Below, piece by piece: positions 10,478-23,182 of a DNA stretch of 64,000 bases. Both the position numbers and the translations under genes were made by a program. This DNA comes from Marsupella aquatica (Eukaryota > Plantae > Marchantiophyta): positions 19,754,805-19,818,804 of the forward strand of contig OZ316894.1 in NCBI GenBank assembly GCA_973895155.1, given 5' to 3'. A model generated the notes under the pieces. It saw only the letters and a program-made list of their open reading frames with translations. It made no database searches and had not been told where the DNA came from. The first letter of the stretch is position 1. The number at the start of each line of letters is the position of its first letter.

Positions 10478-13294
10478 ATTCAAACCTTACCAGTCTTTTG
10501 CTATGAACAGGCCCAGATTGAAACAAGAAAATAAACAGAGTCATGGGCTCAGATGATATCTCCATCAATATCATTACAGTCATATGGAATCCCAAATTGT
10601 TCTTTTTATGAAATGCTAACTCTAACTTTTTACTCTAAGTCCATGCTATCCTACTAAAATGCACAATTACATAAGATCATTTAAGATTAGTAAGCCTGAT
10701 GGTAGCAAAAGATTTGGGATTGGGACAGTTGCACCAAGAGAAAGCATATATTGTAATGCATGTTATCAACGTGTATGTAAGGTATTAGAAATGCATTACA
10801 ATATGCATACGGAGCTACTCCTGTACTATCTACATGCACAATTTCAAACAATTTCCATTCTAAGTTATTTCCATAACATACAAATCCACAATTTTCAGAG
10901 ACTTTCATGTTCCGAATGGTTTTCTGACATAGGCCCTTCCATTCCCTACATAAGATATCAACATTTGGCCAATGCCTTGCAGATGGTCTAGTTAATTCCT
11001 TTGCAGATTAAATGTTCGTTGTTGCACAATTTCCCGACGCAGGTTTAGTGAACGTAAAGACATAGCTCGTAGAGAATATTTACCTCTCATCAATCTGTCG
11101 CAAAAATGCCGAGCTCAAGAATGTTGATTGTAGCGTGCCAACAGCTCAAGATCTCACACTAAACACGATAGATAAATATCTGCATTGTGACATGTAAAGT
11201 AACACATATCAATGACAGACAAAAATGATCAAGTGGCCCACAAAGCAAAGTAGTCCAAAACTTAACATAGAATCAAACATCGTCAATTGTGCGTAAAAGT
11301 TGCACACTTACTTTGTCAAATGCATCAAACATAGACTGAAGTAGCCAACTTATACTCAGTCAGTCCACTTGAACTGTGCGAGCATGCCTTGGATACCCAT
11401 TTGAACACCGCACACATCTGACTTATGAACACCTTGGATACCCGTTTGAACACCTAACATGTCTTATCTACCTACATAATAGTAAATCTACCTAGACAAC
11501 AATCCAACTAATCCATCCATATATGGTGCCGCTTTATAATTGTCTTTGTTGGGTATAATTGTCTATGGTGGGTTGTTTAAAGACCCGACAAAAAACATTA
11601 GTTAAACATTACGCTTGGCTCTTATTTAATGTTTTCACGCACCTTCACAATAAGGCTACTTGAAGGTGTTATGCATGTCTCATAAATACAAAGATAAAGG
11701 TACAATAACAAACTCATCAATAGACAAAGAATCTATCGAAACATGGCGGCATAACATAGCCGCGTTCATTGACACATATTGGACACAACCTAATTTTAAC
11801 TTCACAAGCAATAATTATCACTTTGCGCATGGCAAGTGGCATCAACCCCACATGCGTTACAATTCTCGCACGCCTTATCGGTCAAACACACATTACGTTT
11901 TTTGTACAAGTAAAACCTGTCCATTGATTACGGACTAAACCATGTTACATTGACCATTGATCAATGAAACAAGTCTATCAATGGTTCTAAATAAATTCTT
12001 GTCACATTTTTGCCTTATGTACTATCCAAGTTTATATTAGAATTTGGCACCATAAAACATGTATCATTTGTGCATAGAAATGATCGATATTCTTCACGCT
12101 AGCCACACGTGTGTTCTCAACCATCACACGAGTGACAACCCATGTTGCACGATCTACACCATCGATAAATAAAATCCAACGAACATGAATTGGTGACGTT
12201 AATTTTCTTGTTATTTATAAATTTACAAGAGTCTCTAACTGGACACGTAACAATTGTGAAGAAACAGTGGACAGCTTGCATGAAAGTAAAATCTACTAAA
12301 AACTAGGGTATGTTAGAAGTTAAAACAGAAAGACATTAACCATATTGTCTTCACTTAGGTCACATTGCAGATCAGGCGGCGTCGGCCAATAATTTCATGG
12401 TTGTCCCAACGTGTATCAACCATCCAAGGTTGGGCCTTGTCTCAACCGTGCAGTTCATGGTTGAGGCACGCTTGACCATAAATTTCATAGTAGCTATCGT
12501 TGGTCACGATATATCAAGAAAAATTCATTATAGAAACTATTAGGAGAACTTCTGTCTGACACAAAAGTGTGAGAGGGGTCCTAGTTGGTAACAATACTTT
12601 GAAAGGGTTTTATCAATCATGTAAAATGTTTTTGCTTGGTCACTCCCATAAAGAATATATCTCCCTAGAAATGGTTCATTCCCCAAAGCCATAAACAAGA
12701 GAATGTGTCTTATGATATTGTGTATGGTCATGACTCTCCTATGGGTTTACTCACAACCTCTACTAGTCTTTTTTAGTTTGGTACTAGGTAGAGCTTTAGT
12801 TCCTTGGCCAATAATATGGACTCATAGGCATTTTGGCTCTTTAGTTTTCCTTGTTTGTTCTTTGTTTTCTCCCTTTGATACAGGTTTCTGCCTTTGGGTC
12901 TCCCTACCTTTGGGATCTCATCTCCTGGTTAGACACTCTTGTTTCTTTTGCAATCTGATATATATATCCCTATCACTCTAATCATAATTTATTGGAGCCT
13001 AGATGGACTTTTATGTTTGCCAAAAGGTGGTATACATTTTGAAACCCCAATGGACTTGATTGTGGACATTGAGTGATCGAGTGCTCTTTAGAACTTCATA
13101 GCTCTCTCAATTCTTTATGAAAATTAGAAATATTGGAGTGATCGGAGAGATGCATGCCTCATCTAAAGATCCCAAGAAGAGCCTATTGAGCTTGATAGGA
13201 GAGAGATCCTAAAGATCAAAGATATTTATGATCAAACTTTCTGGAAACAAACCAAAAAGGTGTCAATGAATGAAGTTGTAACATTTGTCACTGC

Positions 13295-13587
13295 CTCGGG
13301 GGTTTCACTTCCACAAAAATGGCATATCACGTGCGACGAAGGATAGGGTCATTTTATTGGTTGTAAGGGAAGACTTAAGAATTTTTGTAGAAGAACAATA
13401 GGGTCTTTTAAATTCAATTTTGAGACTTATAAGAACATTAGGGCCTTTTTAATCCAATTTTTGGAATATTCCAAGAATATTCTAACTTATAGGGGTTAAA
13501 AAATATTTTTTTCTTACATTTTAGGGGGTCCAAGGCCTAAAAATGTCGCAGGTGATGGGGAGGTCCCCATGTAGTGAGACCCCCGAG
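13295..13587 (+). mobile_element. MITE copy 2, same family (8-bp TSD GTCACTGC)
   Basis: Nearly identical to 10181-10477 over its full length. GTCACTGC at 13287-13294 and 13588-13595 differs from the copy-1 TSD, so this is an independent insertion. Confidence 0.92.
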
Positions 13588-14049
13588 GTCACTGCCATGG
13601 GATTGCATGGTTCACTGCACCTTGTGCATGGGAGCATCAATTTCCCACATCATATAGAAGGTTAAATTAATTAATTAGTTAATTGTTATATTTATAACTT
13701 TCTGGGTATTATTTACAGACCCCCATGAGAAGTCCCTTGCAAATTCCCCGGTTCCAGGATGCGCCATGTCAGCAACATCTGCACGAAACAAGATGAGTCG
13801 TGTTTGTGCATCGAATAACCTCCTCCTCATCTTGTTTACATATATTTCTGCATAATTTTAGGGATGTCGTGCCATCAAAACATAATGTAATAATACTTAA
13901 AAGTAATTCATCCAAAGCTATTGAACGAGATTAAAAACATTCACCTATAATCACTTTATTTATATTTGTAAATTTCTTAAAAAAAAACACCAGTGCTCAA
14001 CATTAAAAGTAAGTAACCATGTTCTTGTAATCGCCCAAACAAAACCGCC

Positions 14050-15400
14050 GGAACAAAAGAAGCTAAGGACCCGAGTCCCTCCTCCCTTAGCATCACATGG
14101 TTTGATAATGGCCTTCAGGTTGGGATCAGTGAGTAGTCATCTCAGTGACACTCCGAATGCAATGAGGAGCCTTTGAGATCAGGACCATTGTCTCTAAACT
14201 TTGAACCAATGATCAGCCATCCAAGAGATATGGAGAATTAAACCAGCTTTGCAAAATTGCTTCCATGCATGTCTTATAAATTTTGTTTGGTTGTATAGTA
14301 GGATATGTTGAAGCCAACAATTTTTGGCATCCATACCAAGCAAAGAGATGGATTTGTGATGGATACGGGGTTTTGATCTTGTAAGTCCACATGAAGATTG
14401 TCATGACGAATGAAGGAGGGCCTCCTTTGTAAGGGCACAGGGCAATATAGTCACACACCCAAGAGACTTGTCCTGCTAGAAACAGACGGAGGGTTAGAAG
14501 CATCAACGAGGGCTTGTCATGAAGGATTTACCGAAGACAAGATGTGCATTCGAAACATTGGCAACCTCATCGTTCAGCTCGTTGTGTCTTCATTTTGTGA
14601 AACAGTTGGAGCGGGTAAGAAATTGGGGTTGTGTGTCATGGAGCTACCTGATCAGGTGCCTGATTCTTTCCCATGCTCATCACTTCTCTCCAACACAGTT
14701 CTAAGCTATGTAATTTGCTTATCCTGTTCAGATCGAAGAGTCAAAGATGGAAGCTTTTCTGAGATGAAGACATGAGATGTTTTTCAATTTGGATGGTGGT
14801 ACTCACATAAGCTAGGCCTGCACGAGTTATAGTGTGCAGGCTTGGTCTTAGTCTGCATTTATAGTGCTCCTTCATTGTGGACCAATGGATAACAAGCGCT
14901 ATTGAGCATATGATTCTTGGTTGCGGAAGTTTTACAAAATTAGTTTGGAGACTTCGATAGATTTCTCTGGCCACCAACTGAAGGTAATTACAAGAGTCCA
15001 AAAGAGCATTAACTTTCTGAGTCGGACAGATACCATTGCACCAGGCCGGGTGCAATTGTCTAGAGAATCACTTGTTGTTTCCTACTGGGCCGTTTCTAAC
15101 TTGCCTCTGATTGCAGTGCATCTTCTATGTACTGCAATTTGAAACTTATTTCCCCTTTTCAAAAAGCTCTGCGCAAAACTACAATGTTCAGTTATCAAAT
15201 CGAAGCAGAGCAACACTAAATTTAAAAAGCTCTGCACAGACAGCTTTGCTTGTGTATGAGGTGTGTGTGTCCAGTGGACGTGATGGTCCGCTTTGGAAAG
15301 GCTTTCAAAGTTTTTGGACTTTATAGGATTCATAGAATTCGGCTCAATATGAGGATGTAGAATAGAGGCAGCTAGAGAGGCAGCTTTGTTTGACATGTAC
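14050..15400 (-). mobile_element. Possible highly decayed LINE 3' fragment
   Basis: Stop-riddled minus-strand frames with remnants resembling the zf-RVT region (…ILH…GV.D…C…E.L.H); weak. Confidence 0.25.
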
Positions 15401-15916
15401 TAGAGGATCCGACCCAAATAAATTGATGTATTCAAACTTTCCTATATATAAAGTAACACAAATTCAACCTTGACTAACTCGACCAAACTTGAGCATGTTT
15501 GATTTCGCCACCATGGACTGATTTAGAACCACCACCACCACCCCCGCCCCCCCTCTCGAGCAAAAATGCCTTAACTCCATTCGCTACCTAGAGGAAAGGA
15601 AAGAGTATAACTTTCTGGATATACTAATTTTTTGAGCTAACCCAGTCGTCCCTAATTACCATTAAATTAATTAACATTGCAAACATTGCAGATTTGCATC
15701 CATGTGCACAACGTGGGCCTGGCGATGGTGAACTGTCATTTGCTCACTACAACCTTCGAGATTTTCCCATGTTCCAAGAATTGTGAACCGAATGGATTTC
15801 GTTCACGAACGCAAGTGAAAGAACACCCGAAGCGAAGAATTGAACAACACACTCAGCGAGCAGACGACCCTCCTCCACTGATTACGGCTGTAATTAGTTA
15901 GAAACGGCATTTCGAC

Positions 15917-16270
15917 TCTAGATTTGTAGTCGAGTCCCCAACAAGCCTTTTCGGCTGCATTGGAGGTAATTTGATGAGTTCTGTGGCTGACTAATTATTT
16001 CGATCTTCATTTCTTTCAATTCATTTGGTTCTAGTTCAGCAGTGGTGCAAATTTCATCGGTCAAATTTCCCGCAATTCGCAGGAGGAGCGCGACGTCTCC
16101 ACTCAAGATTTGTAGTCGTCAACAAGTCTGTTCGGCTGCATTGGAGGTAATTTGATGAGTTCCGTGGCTGAATAATTATGTCGATCTTCATTTATTTCAA
16201 ATCATTTGGTTCTAGTTCAGCAGTGGTGCAAATTTCATCGGTCAATTTCCCGCACTTCGCAGGCGGAGCC
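15917..16270 (+). repeat. ~180-bp tandem duplication of a 5'-UTR/intron-like segment
   Basis: GATTTGTAGTCG…GGAGGTAATTTGATGAG…GGTGCAAATTTCATCGGTCAA…CGCAGG.GGAGC occurs twice (near 15920 and 16107). Confidence 0.85.
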
Positions 16271-16279
16271 TTAGCAGCG

Positions 16280-17340
16280 ATGTCTGGGACGAGCACAAAG
16301 GTGACGTGCCCCAGTCCTCCAGAGCCCCAGCGAGAGATGGTGGACGCCAAGAGTCGGAAGCAGGAGGAGAAACCGGGGACAGAGAAGAAGGTAGAGCCAC
16401 AGGCGGGAGTGCCTGATGAGGAATCACAGTCCGGACGAGCTAAGCCAGATAGCAGCAAGCATATTGTAGATGGCAAACGTCCGCTTACGTTGCAGGACCT
16501 GATTGATTTTACCAACGAGTCGCCGTGATGAACATTGTGATGTACACTTTCCTGGACGAGAACATTACAGAAGGTCAGCAGCAACACCGGCAAAGACGGG
16601 ATGACAAATGTAAGGTTTGTCCCGGATTTGAACGTAATTCGCAGGAGTCGTAAGTTAGAGCTGGTGGTGGAGGATGGCCAAGATTTCGAATTCAATGGCG
16701 GGAGAATGATTGTAAATGGTATGGAGAGGTTTTATGGGGAGAATTATACACTTGGAACTAGGAATTATACACTTTGCATCGGAACTTTGTCTGAATTGGT
16801 ACATAATTGGAGTTCTACTAAAAAACATCTTTCGGATTTCAACGCGATTATGGCATACGAGAAAGAGGATTGATGACTTCGAAGCGACTAGATTCTGAAT
16901 ATTTGGACATAATCTATTGAGTGGCCACGGTTGTTTTCATCCCATTGCCGATATTTGGAGATCCTCCGTACTTGGTAAGTTGGTATGGTATGCCATCGAG
17001 GTTTGAAACTACCAACATTGAGCTGTGTTTGGTGAGATAATACTTTAGTGATGACAGTAGGTTTAGGGCGGTCAAAGCTGACGGAGATGATTACCTCACG
17101 GTCACGGTTGCAATAATTTGGACCAACTGCAACCGTAAAAGCAGAAGTGTTAAACGGCTTTGCATTAATTCCCTCGATGCATGAGCTCCGTGTATTGTGT
17201 CGTCAGGGAAGTCACTAGTATGAACTGAAGACATGGTTCTAAATGAGATCTGGAGTGTACTCGTCGTTCAAGAATTCGGTGCCAGGTTTGTATCGAAGAA
17301 AAGAGAATACACAAATCTGATTACCAATGACGTGCACTAA
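16280..17340 (+). pseudogene. Decayed gene of unknown family
   Basis: ATG at 16280 (MSGTSTK…) is followed by coding-like segments (16601-16873 and beyond) broken by stops and frameshifts. Confidence 0.3.
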
Positions 17341-17399
17341 CAAAATCCCATATCTTCATTGTTCACTGGAATATCTACAGCAGTGTGTATGATCCTAGT

Positions 17400-18200
17400 C
17401 ATGTATCCGAGAAGCTGTTTGCTGATTTGTGGCCTCTCATCCCGCAGCACCAAAGTAAATTACTGTACCTTACTCCTGATCAAACTTTCAAGTTAGGGTT
17501 ACCACCTACTGTATTGGATAATTCCCAACCACGATCACTATTACCGATTCCAAATTCGTAACAGCGAAAAAGCCATCTAAGTGCCACTCGCAGAATGATT
17601 CCGCCATCACACGTTTGCACGGAATCCGGCAAGATCTCTAACTTTAGTGTCATTTTCTTCGCCCTTACGACACGATGCTTAGGAATCAGGGTCCACGAGG
17701 CATCTGCGCGGCTCTGGCTGTTTTGAGTCATTAATCGTGTGAGGTTCACCTCGGGGACTGCTCCAAATGTTTTGTGCACATACGAGTGCGTCGAATCTCA
17801 AACGAAAGACTCTGGCACACGATTTTGAAGCAGGGCGCCGATAGATGCAGGTTCTTCTCAATTTGGGAGAGATCGAGGTGGCACCGAATAACTCGCCCGA
17901 AATCTCAAGAATTTGAGCTGAAATTCCAGTCAGGATATGCTTCCCACCAGTAAGTTATCAGAGAGCTGGGCAGAATTATGGAAGGGCTGCCAGATTCAAC
18001 GAACAAAGCGATATACCAAAGTTGTTCTTGATCGATTGCGGGCATACTGATTTTCTTCATTGAACAAGGTGATGTCATAGTTCGAGTACACTTGTGGACC
18101 AGACCAAATAGGTCTGACGAGGCGATTGCTGTTGCTCCAATCCGACGCTCGTGGATTCAAATGATATCCACGAATATTTGAATTACAAATTCAAAATCCG
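17400..18200 (-). pseudogene. Decayed gene, possibly an LRR-receptor ectodomain fragment
   Basis: One long frame broken by repeated TGA stops. It contains QLSDNLLVGSI, FGAVP and GNPNL, which resemble plant LRR (LSxNxLxGxIP) and cap (GNPxLC) motifs. Confidence 0.25.
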
Positions 18201-20270
18201 TTGGGACTTATCGATTGTTTCTGGGCAGTAGATGATCTTTCAGGATTTGCAGGATTGGGCCTAAATTTTTGCCTATTAACCAGCTCAGTCACATTTGCAA
18301 GTCTCAACCTGTGACGGGACGTTGCAGACACGTGATCTGGTTGGTGGGTGTGATCTCTTATACACATTTGGGGTCTTTCATGAAACTATGAAAACTCCGA
18401 CGATTGCCTTTGTCGCTAACTATGTTTGTAAATAGTTTAGTGGTTACTTTTGGGCGGGCACCATAAATATCGATCGTACGAGACAAACCGAAACCTGACT
18501 GTATCGAAATTCCCAGCTGTTCCATGGTTCATCTGTCCAGCAGAGATCTGAGGCTGCAGGGAGGTTCTAGACAACTCGTGGCTAGTTATCGAGCAATGCT
18601 ACCTACTAAAAGTCTCCTGTGCGATGATCAGAATCATGTAGAGCACCTCATCAGTCCTAGCTTTGTCATGCAGATGGCTGTGAAGCTCGAATAAATTCGG
18701 CAACATGCTCATTTGCATCGGAAGGAACTAACCTGAAAATCAGTCAACATCGACTTTTCAGAAATTTGTGCATACTATACTTTCAACATTTCTTCTACGC
18801 GTTAATGGCGTTGGCGAGATGGACACAAACTCATTGTGACCTTTGCTAAAGAATCTGAAGACACGGTCAAAAATTGACAAGACTGGGTGTCGACAATGAT
18901 CCGCATTGCTTATTCATAGCGCTCCTGCTGATCCCCTCCGTCATGATAAATTTCCTGCGTTCGCTAGTTGAAAGTTGTTCAAACCAGCCTAGAAAACCAA
19001 GGTGCGTAATGCATTCATTCAGTGTGAAATCTATCATTCCCACCGTGGACTAGCATTTTCATGAGTCTGTAGGATTTAGATCTCTGCAAAGATGTTCAGG
19101 TTGCTTACAAAAAGCTAGTGTGAAATTTCTTTTGGTTCCCGGTCATAATTGTCAGACAACTGAGAAAAAGAGTTGTCTGCTTATGGAAGAGAACCGCAAT
19201 TCTGAACTGCTCATTTTTTGGGAGTAAAGTGGACAGGTATTTCCACTATCACGTAGCAGTCTGAAATTTCAGAAAGTGGTTAACACAAGTCTCCCTGCTA
19301 TCGCAAGGGAAACCGGGAAACTCGTAACAGTAAATCTTAATCCCTAATTCTTAAGTGCAAGTTGAAATTGTTGATTCTGTCAAAGCACCTCGATTCTACC
19401 TATTCAATGAAAATTATCTCCAGCTCGTAATCAGATATTGCCAATCTCTTAGACAATCCTATCAGCTGAATCATTCAGTGGCACACACAGCAATGCAGTG
19501 AAGAGAAGATTTTTTTCGGCGAGATTTCAACGAATATATCCTCTTCCTTTACTGTTCTTCAGCTTTCGACAGTACGAAATGGAAAGAGGATTGGAAGGCA
19601 ATGCTAAGGCCACTACGAGTGCTGCTACTCAGTTAAAACCGTAGTGTTGATGAGGTTTCTCTTACCGACAGGAAGCATAGTGACGTTTTTCTGTATTACG
19701 ACTCATCCGAAAAGAACAGTGTCTAGTATATAACGTTCTTTTCCACTGTAGTAGTCATTACTACCAACATTCTCTGTTCTTTAAAAGAAGAAGGAAAACT
19801 TGGAAGACAGCAAAGTTGTGGTACAGTGCGAAACGTCCCTCCGCAGTATAGGAGACTCATATCTGGGTAGAAGTAAGAGCGAGCATACGAAATATCGGAC
19901 CGAGAAATGATGAAATTTCGAATTTCAAATTTTCATAAAAGATGACGCTGTGCGCAAAAAATCGGGTGGAAGATGTGAAGTGACAGATATGCTAGGATCT
20001 TTCCATCGTATCTTACCAAATAAAACGATGATAAAATTGGACAGAAGATGTGAAGTGACAGATATGGTAGGAGCTAAAACATGTATTTAAGCTAGCAAAA
20101 TTCGATCGAGCTGAATCTTGGGCCATGAAGAATAGAAGATGTAAGGAGTTTCTATCTCTGTTGGGAACACCGAAGATGTTGTCAAAGTCGAAGTCGTATA
20201 TTTCACACAGGAGGATTTTTTGCTTGGGACGCTGAAGATGTTAACATCAAGTTTAAATACCCACATCAAC

Positions 20271-20670
20271 AGTACTCGGTCTGAAATGTGAGTACGGAAA
20301 TGGAGAGTGCATTTCATCTGTTAAAAGCCCCTCGAAGTTACGCAGTTTACTGGGGAATGTATTCCACATTGAAGGAGACTGAAGCTGGAACTGTAGACAT
20401 TTCAAGTTAGGACGCAACATGTGACAGAAAATGTGTAGTCAGTACTCGTTCTGAAATGTGAGTATGGAAATGGAGAATGCATTTCATCTGTTACAGCCCC
20501 TCGAAGTTACGTAGTTTACTGGGGAGTGTATTCTACATTGAAGGAGACTGTGAAGCTGGAACTGAAGTTACGTAGTTTACTGGGGAATGTATTCTACATC
20601 GAAGGAGACTGGGAAGCTGGAACTGGAGACATTTCAAGTTAGGACACAACATGTGACAGAACATGTGTAG
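20271..20670. repeat. ~170-bp tandem duplication with a nested internal duplication
   Basis: AGTACTCG.TCTGAAATGTGAG starts at 20271 and 20441; GAAGTTACG.AGTTTACTGGGGA occurs three times. Confidence 0.85.
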
Positions 20671-21100
20671 TGGACGCAGGAAATTTCACGGATGCTCAGT
20701 ATACAAGGTACAGAAATCCAGGTAGCAGAATCATGAGCACACATGATCCAGGATGCATTGCGGCACAAGATATAGGTAGCACAAGGGTACGCATACAGAT
20801 CATTTCACACTGAAGGAAAATGGGACACACAGCACAGTCCGTGCAGACAAGTCGGTCTTTATAACTGGTGAAACACAGTTCACGGTTTATTCTTTCGTCC
20901 AAGTGTCATATACACATTTCAAAATTGTATTGACATGTCAACTCAAGATGCAACCGGCGAGTTTGACAACTCGCATACTAAGTAGAAGTTGTCAGGACAT
21001 GTTGCTTTGCCTGAGTTGGCGTCACTATCTTTAGAACCTCTGTACAGGTCACTCTTCTTTCGTTCCATCCTCTAAAGACGAGCTGATAACATCCAACTTC

Positions 21101-21798
21101 TCATTTCTTGGCGCCAGTCAGGTTGTTCCAGGTCTCTGCTACCTTATCGCCCGTCTGCACAAACGTCCACAAGCGGTGAGATTCAATTCTTGTACACCCA
21201 CCCCGGGATTTGCCTCAATTGTAACCAGTGTCACAACAGGTTTAGAAAAAAATTGAAGACCATACCGAAACCCAAAAATTTGCTGGAAGTACAAACAGCG
21301 TCGTTAACAGGTTTGAGTAATGGTTCGGAGAGGGAGCCGACTAACAGACGAACTTAAAAGATGGCACTGAGCTTCACTGAGAGCACTAGGGAAACATTCA
21401 CTATATAAGGCGATGGGTATCAATTTCTACGCAGCATAATAGGAGACACAATCGCTCACGAGCACTGCACGAATGAAACGAGGAGGAAGCTGCTGAGAAC
21501 GAAAACAGGCCCCATATACACGACTCATCGAATAATAAGCTGAATGGAAATTGGCAAAGCTTGTCACCTGTTGCAACAGGTTTCCGGCACCGTCCTTCGT
21601 CTCAACAGCCTTGTTCTGGGCAGTCTTGGCGGCATCAGCAGTGCCTTGCTTCGCCTGGTCGGCCTTCTGCTGCGCGGTCTGCCCAGCTCCTTGAGCGTGT
21701 TGCTGAGCCTGCCCGGTCTTATCCTGGCCCCACTGCTTGGTGTCCTCTGCGGCCTGCCCTGCAGAGTTCTTGGCGTTCTGAGCCTGATCGGAAGACAT
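21101..21798 (-). CDS. Group 3 (LEA_4-like) late embryogenesis abundant protein, 94 aa, 2 exons
   Basis: Exon 1 21798-21568 (MSSDQAQNAK…AKQGTADAAKTAQNKAVETKDGAGNLLQQ), phase-0 GT-AG intron, exon 2 21154-21101 (TGDKVAETWNNLTGAKK*). A/Q/K/T-rich 11-mer-like periodicity; TATA at 21955-21960. Confidence 0.85.
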
Positions 21799-22516
21799 GA
21801 TTGCTGAAAGACGTAGAGTACTCAAACTAGTGCAGAAGTGGAGGTATCACTTGATCTCTCAGTCTCACACAATTAATTATCAAGAAGTCTAGAAAGCGTA
21901 AAAGCTCGAATGTACTGATGCTCAAGTTGGTCCCTACCACCTCCTTGAAAAGACTATATAGTCGAAGTGGAACGAACAGGTGGCATGAGCCAGAACAACT
22001 CCGCCACATGTCAATGCATGAGGTTGGGCCATACACAGTGACACCAGACGACTCGGCGGTCAATCAAATCGAAGGATAACAACCCAGTTTAGTGAATCGA
22101 ACATCACTTCCGAAGGAGACAGAAAAATCCTTGGTACTTCGATGTGAATGCTACTTCCCGGTCAAGGAATCAGAGTACGACACAGACTGTGTCATGCTTC
22201 TGCGTCCTTTGCAACTTCTCTGCAGTCACAAATCAATTCTGCTGCGTCCTTTGCGACTTCTCTACAGTCACAAATTTCTGTCGAGCAGCTGTTCATCTTG
22301 TCGTGCACCGAGAGTGGATAAAGTGGGCAGCTCGCAATCGACGCGTGGGAAGTCTGCTTGATCAATGATGGGCTCCTCGTTAGGCGTTATCCATACAACA
22401 GTCATCAGTGCCAGGAACGGACACGGAGCTTTGAGGGTATATTACGCAGCAGATGGACGAACCCCCAACTCCAAATCTCTGATCAAAGCTTGTAGTGGAA
22501 GAAACTTTTACTGTAG

Positions 22517-23182
22517 AATGACTGCGGCTGCTGTTTTCCAGCTCAGTAGAGGATAAGGGAGCCTCGAAAGAAAGACCAAGAATAACGTTTCCTCGTGAAT
22601 GGAAAAGAATGTGGCTGCTGTTTTCCAGCACAGTAGAGGATACGAGGGCCTTGAAAGAAAGACCGAAAATATCAATTCCTTTTCAATAGGGCGTCTCAAA
22701 TATGGAAAAAAAAATGACCTCACGGGCAGCCTGCGAAACCCTCGGGTGCACCAAAAGTGGGTACACCCGGTCTGTTTTTTTTGGGGTAGTCAACATTGAG
22801 CGGGTTGTGACACTTGCATCGAACACTTGTAAGCGTGACTCTCGACCTTCAACAGTCTTGGGCATGGTCCCGCTTGCAAAATTCACATATTTGAGAAGCC
22901 CTAATGAAATGAAAGAATGTGGCTTTTTTCCAGCTCAATAGAGGATAAGAGGGTCTTGAAAGAAAGACCCAAAATATAGTTTCCTCTTCAATGGAATGAA
23001 AGAATGTGGATGCTGTTTTCCACTTCAGTAGAGGATAAGAGGGCCTTGAAAGAAAGACCTAAAATATAGTTTCCTTTTCAATAATGAAAGAATGTGGATG
23101 CGTTTTCCACTTCAGTAGAGGATACGAGGGCCTTGAAAGAAAGACCTAAAATATAGTTCATCTTCAATAATGAAAGAATGTG
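22517..23182. repeat. Minisatellite, ~87-88-bp unit, 5-6 copies, interrupted by a MITE
   Basis: GAATGTGG…TTTTCCA..TCA.TAGAGGATA.GAGGG..TTGAAAGAAAGACC recurs; GAAAGAATGT starts near 22911, 22998, 23086 and 23172. Confidence 0.85.
22688..22902. mobile_element. 215-bp MITE, PIF/Harbinger-like (17-bp TIR AGGGC(G/T)TCTCAAATATG, 3-bp TSD AAT)
   Basis: TIRs have one mismatch; AAT at 22685-22687 and 22903-22905. Removing the element restores the minisatellite unit (TCAATG.AATGAAAGAATG). A TA-TSD reading is also possible. Confidence 0.8.

Noticed and set aside
10660-11460. Possible MULE SWIM-domain remnant
   Set aside because: Only a faint C…CWHA resemblance in stop-riddled frames; insufficient support.
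18400-20050. Coding-like composition, possible old pseudogene
   Set aside because: No frame or motif could be reconstructed.
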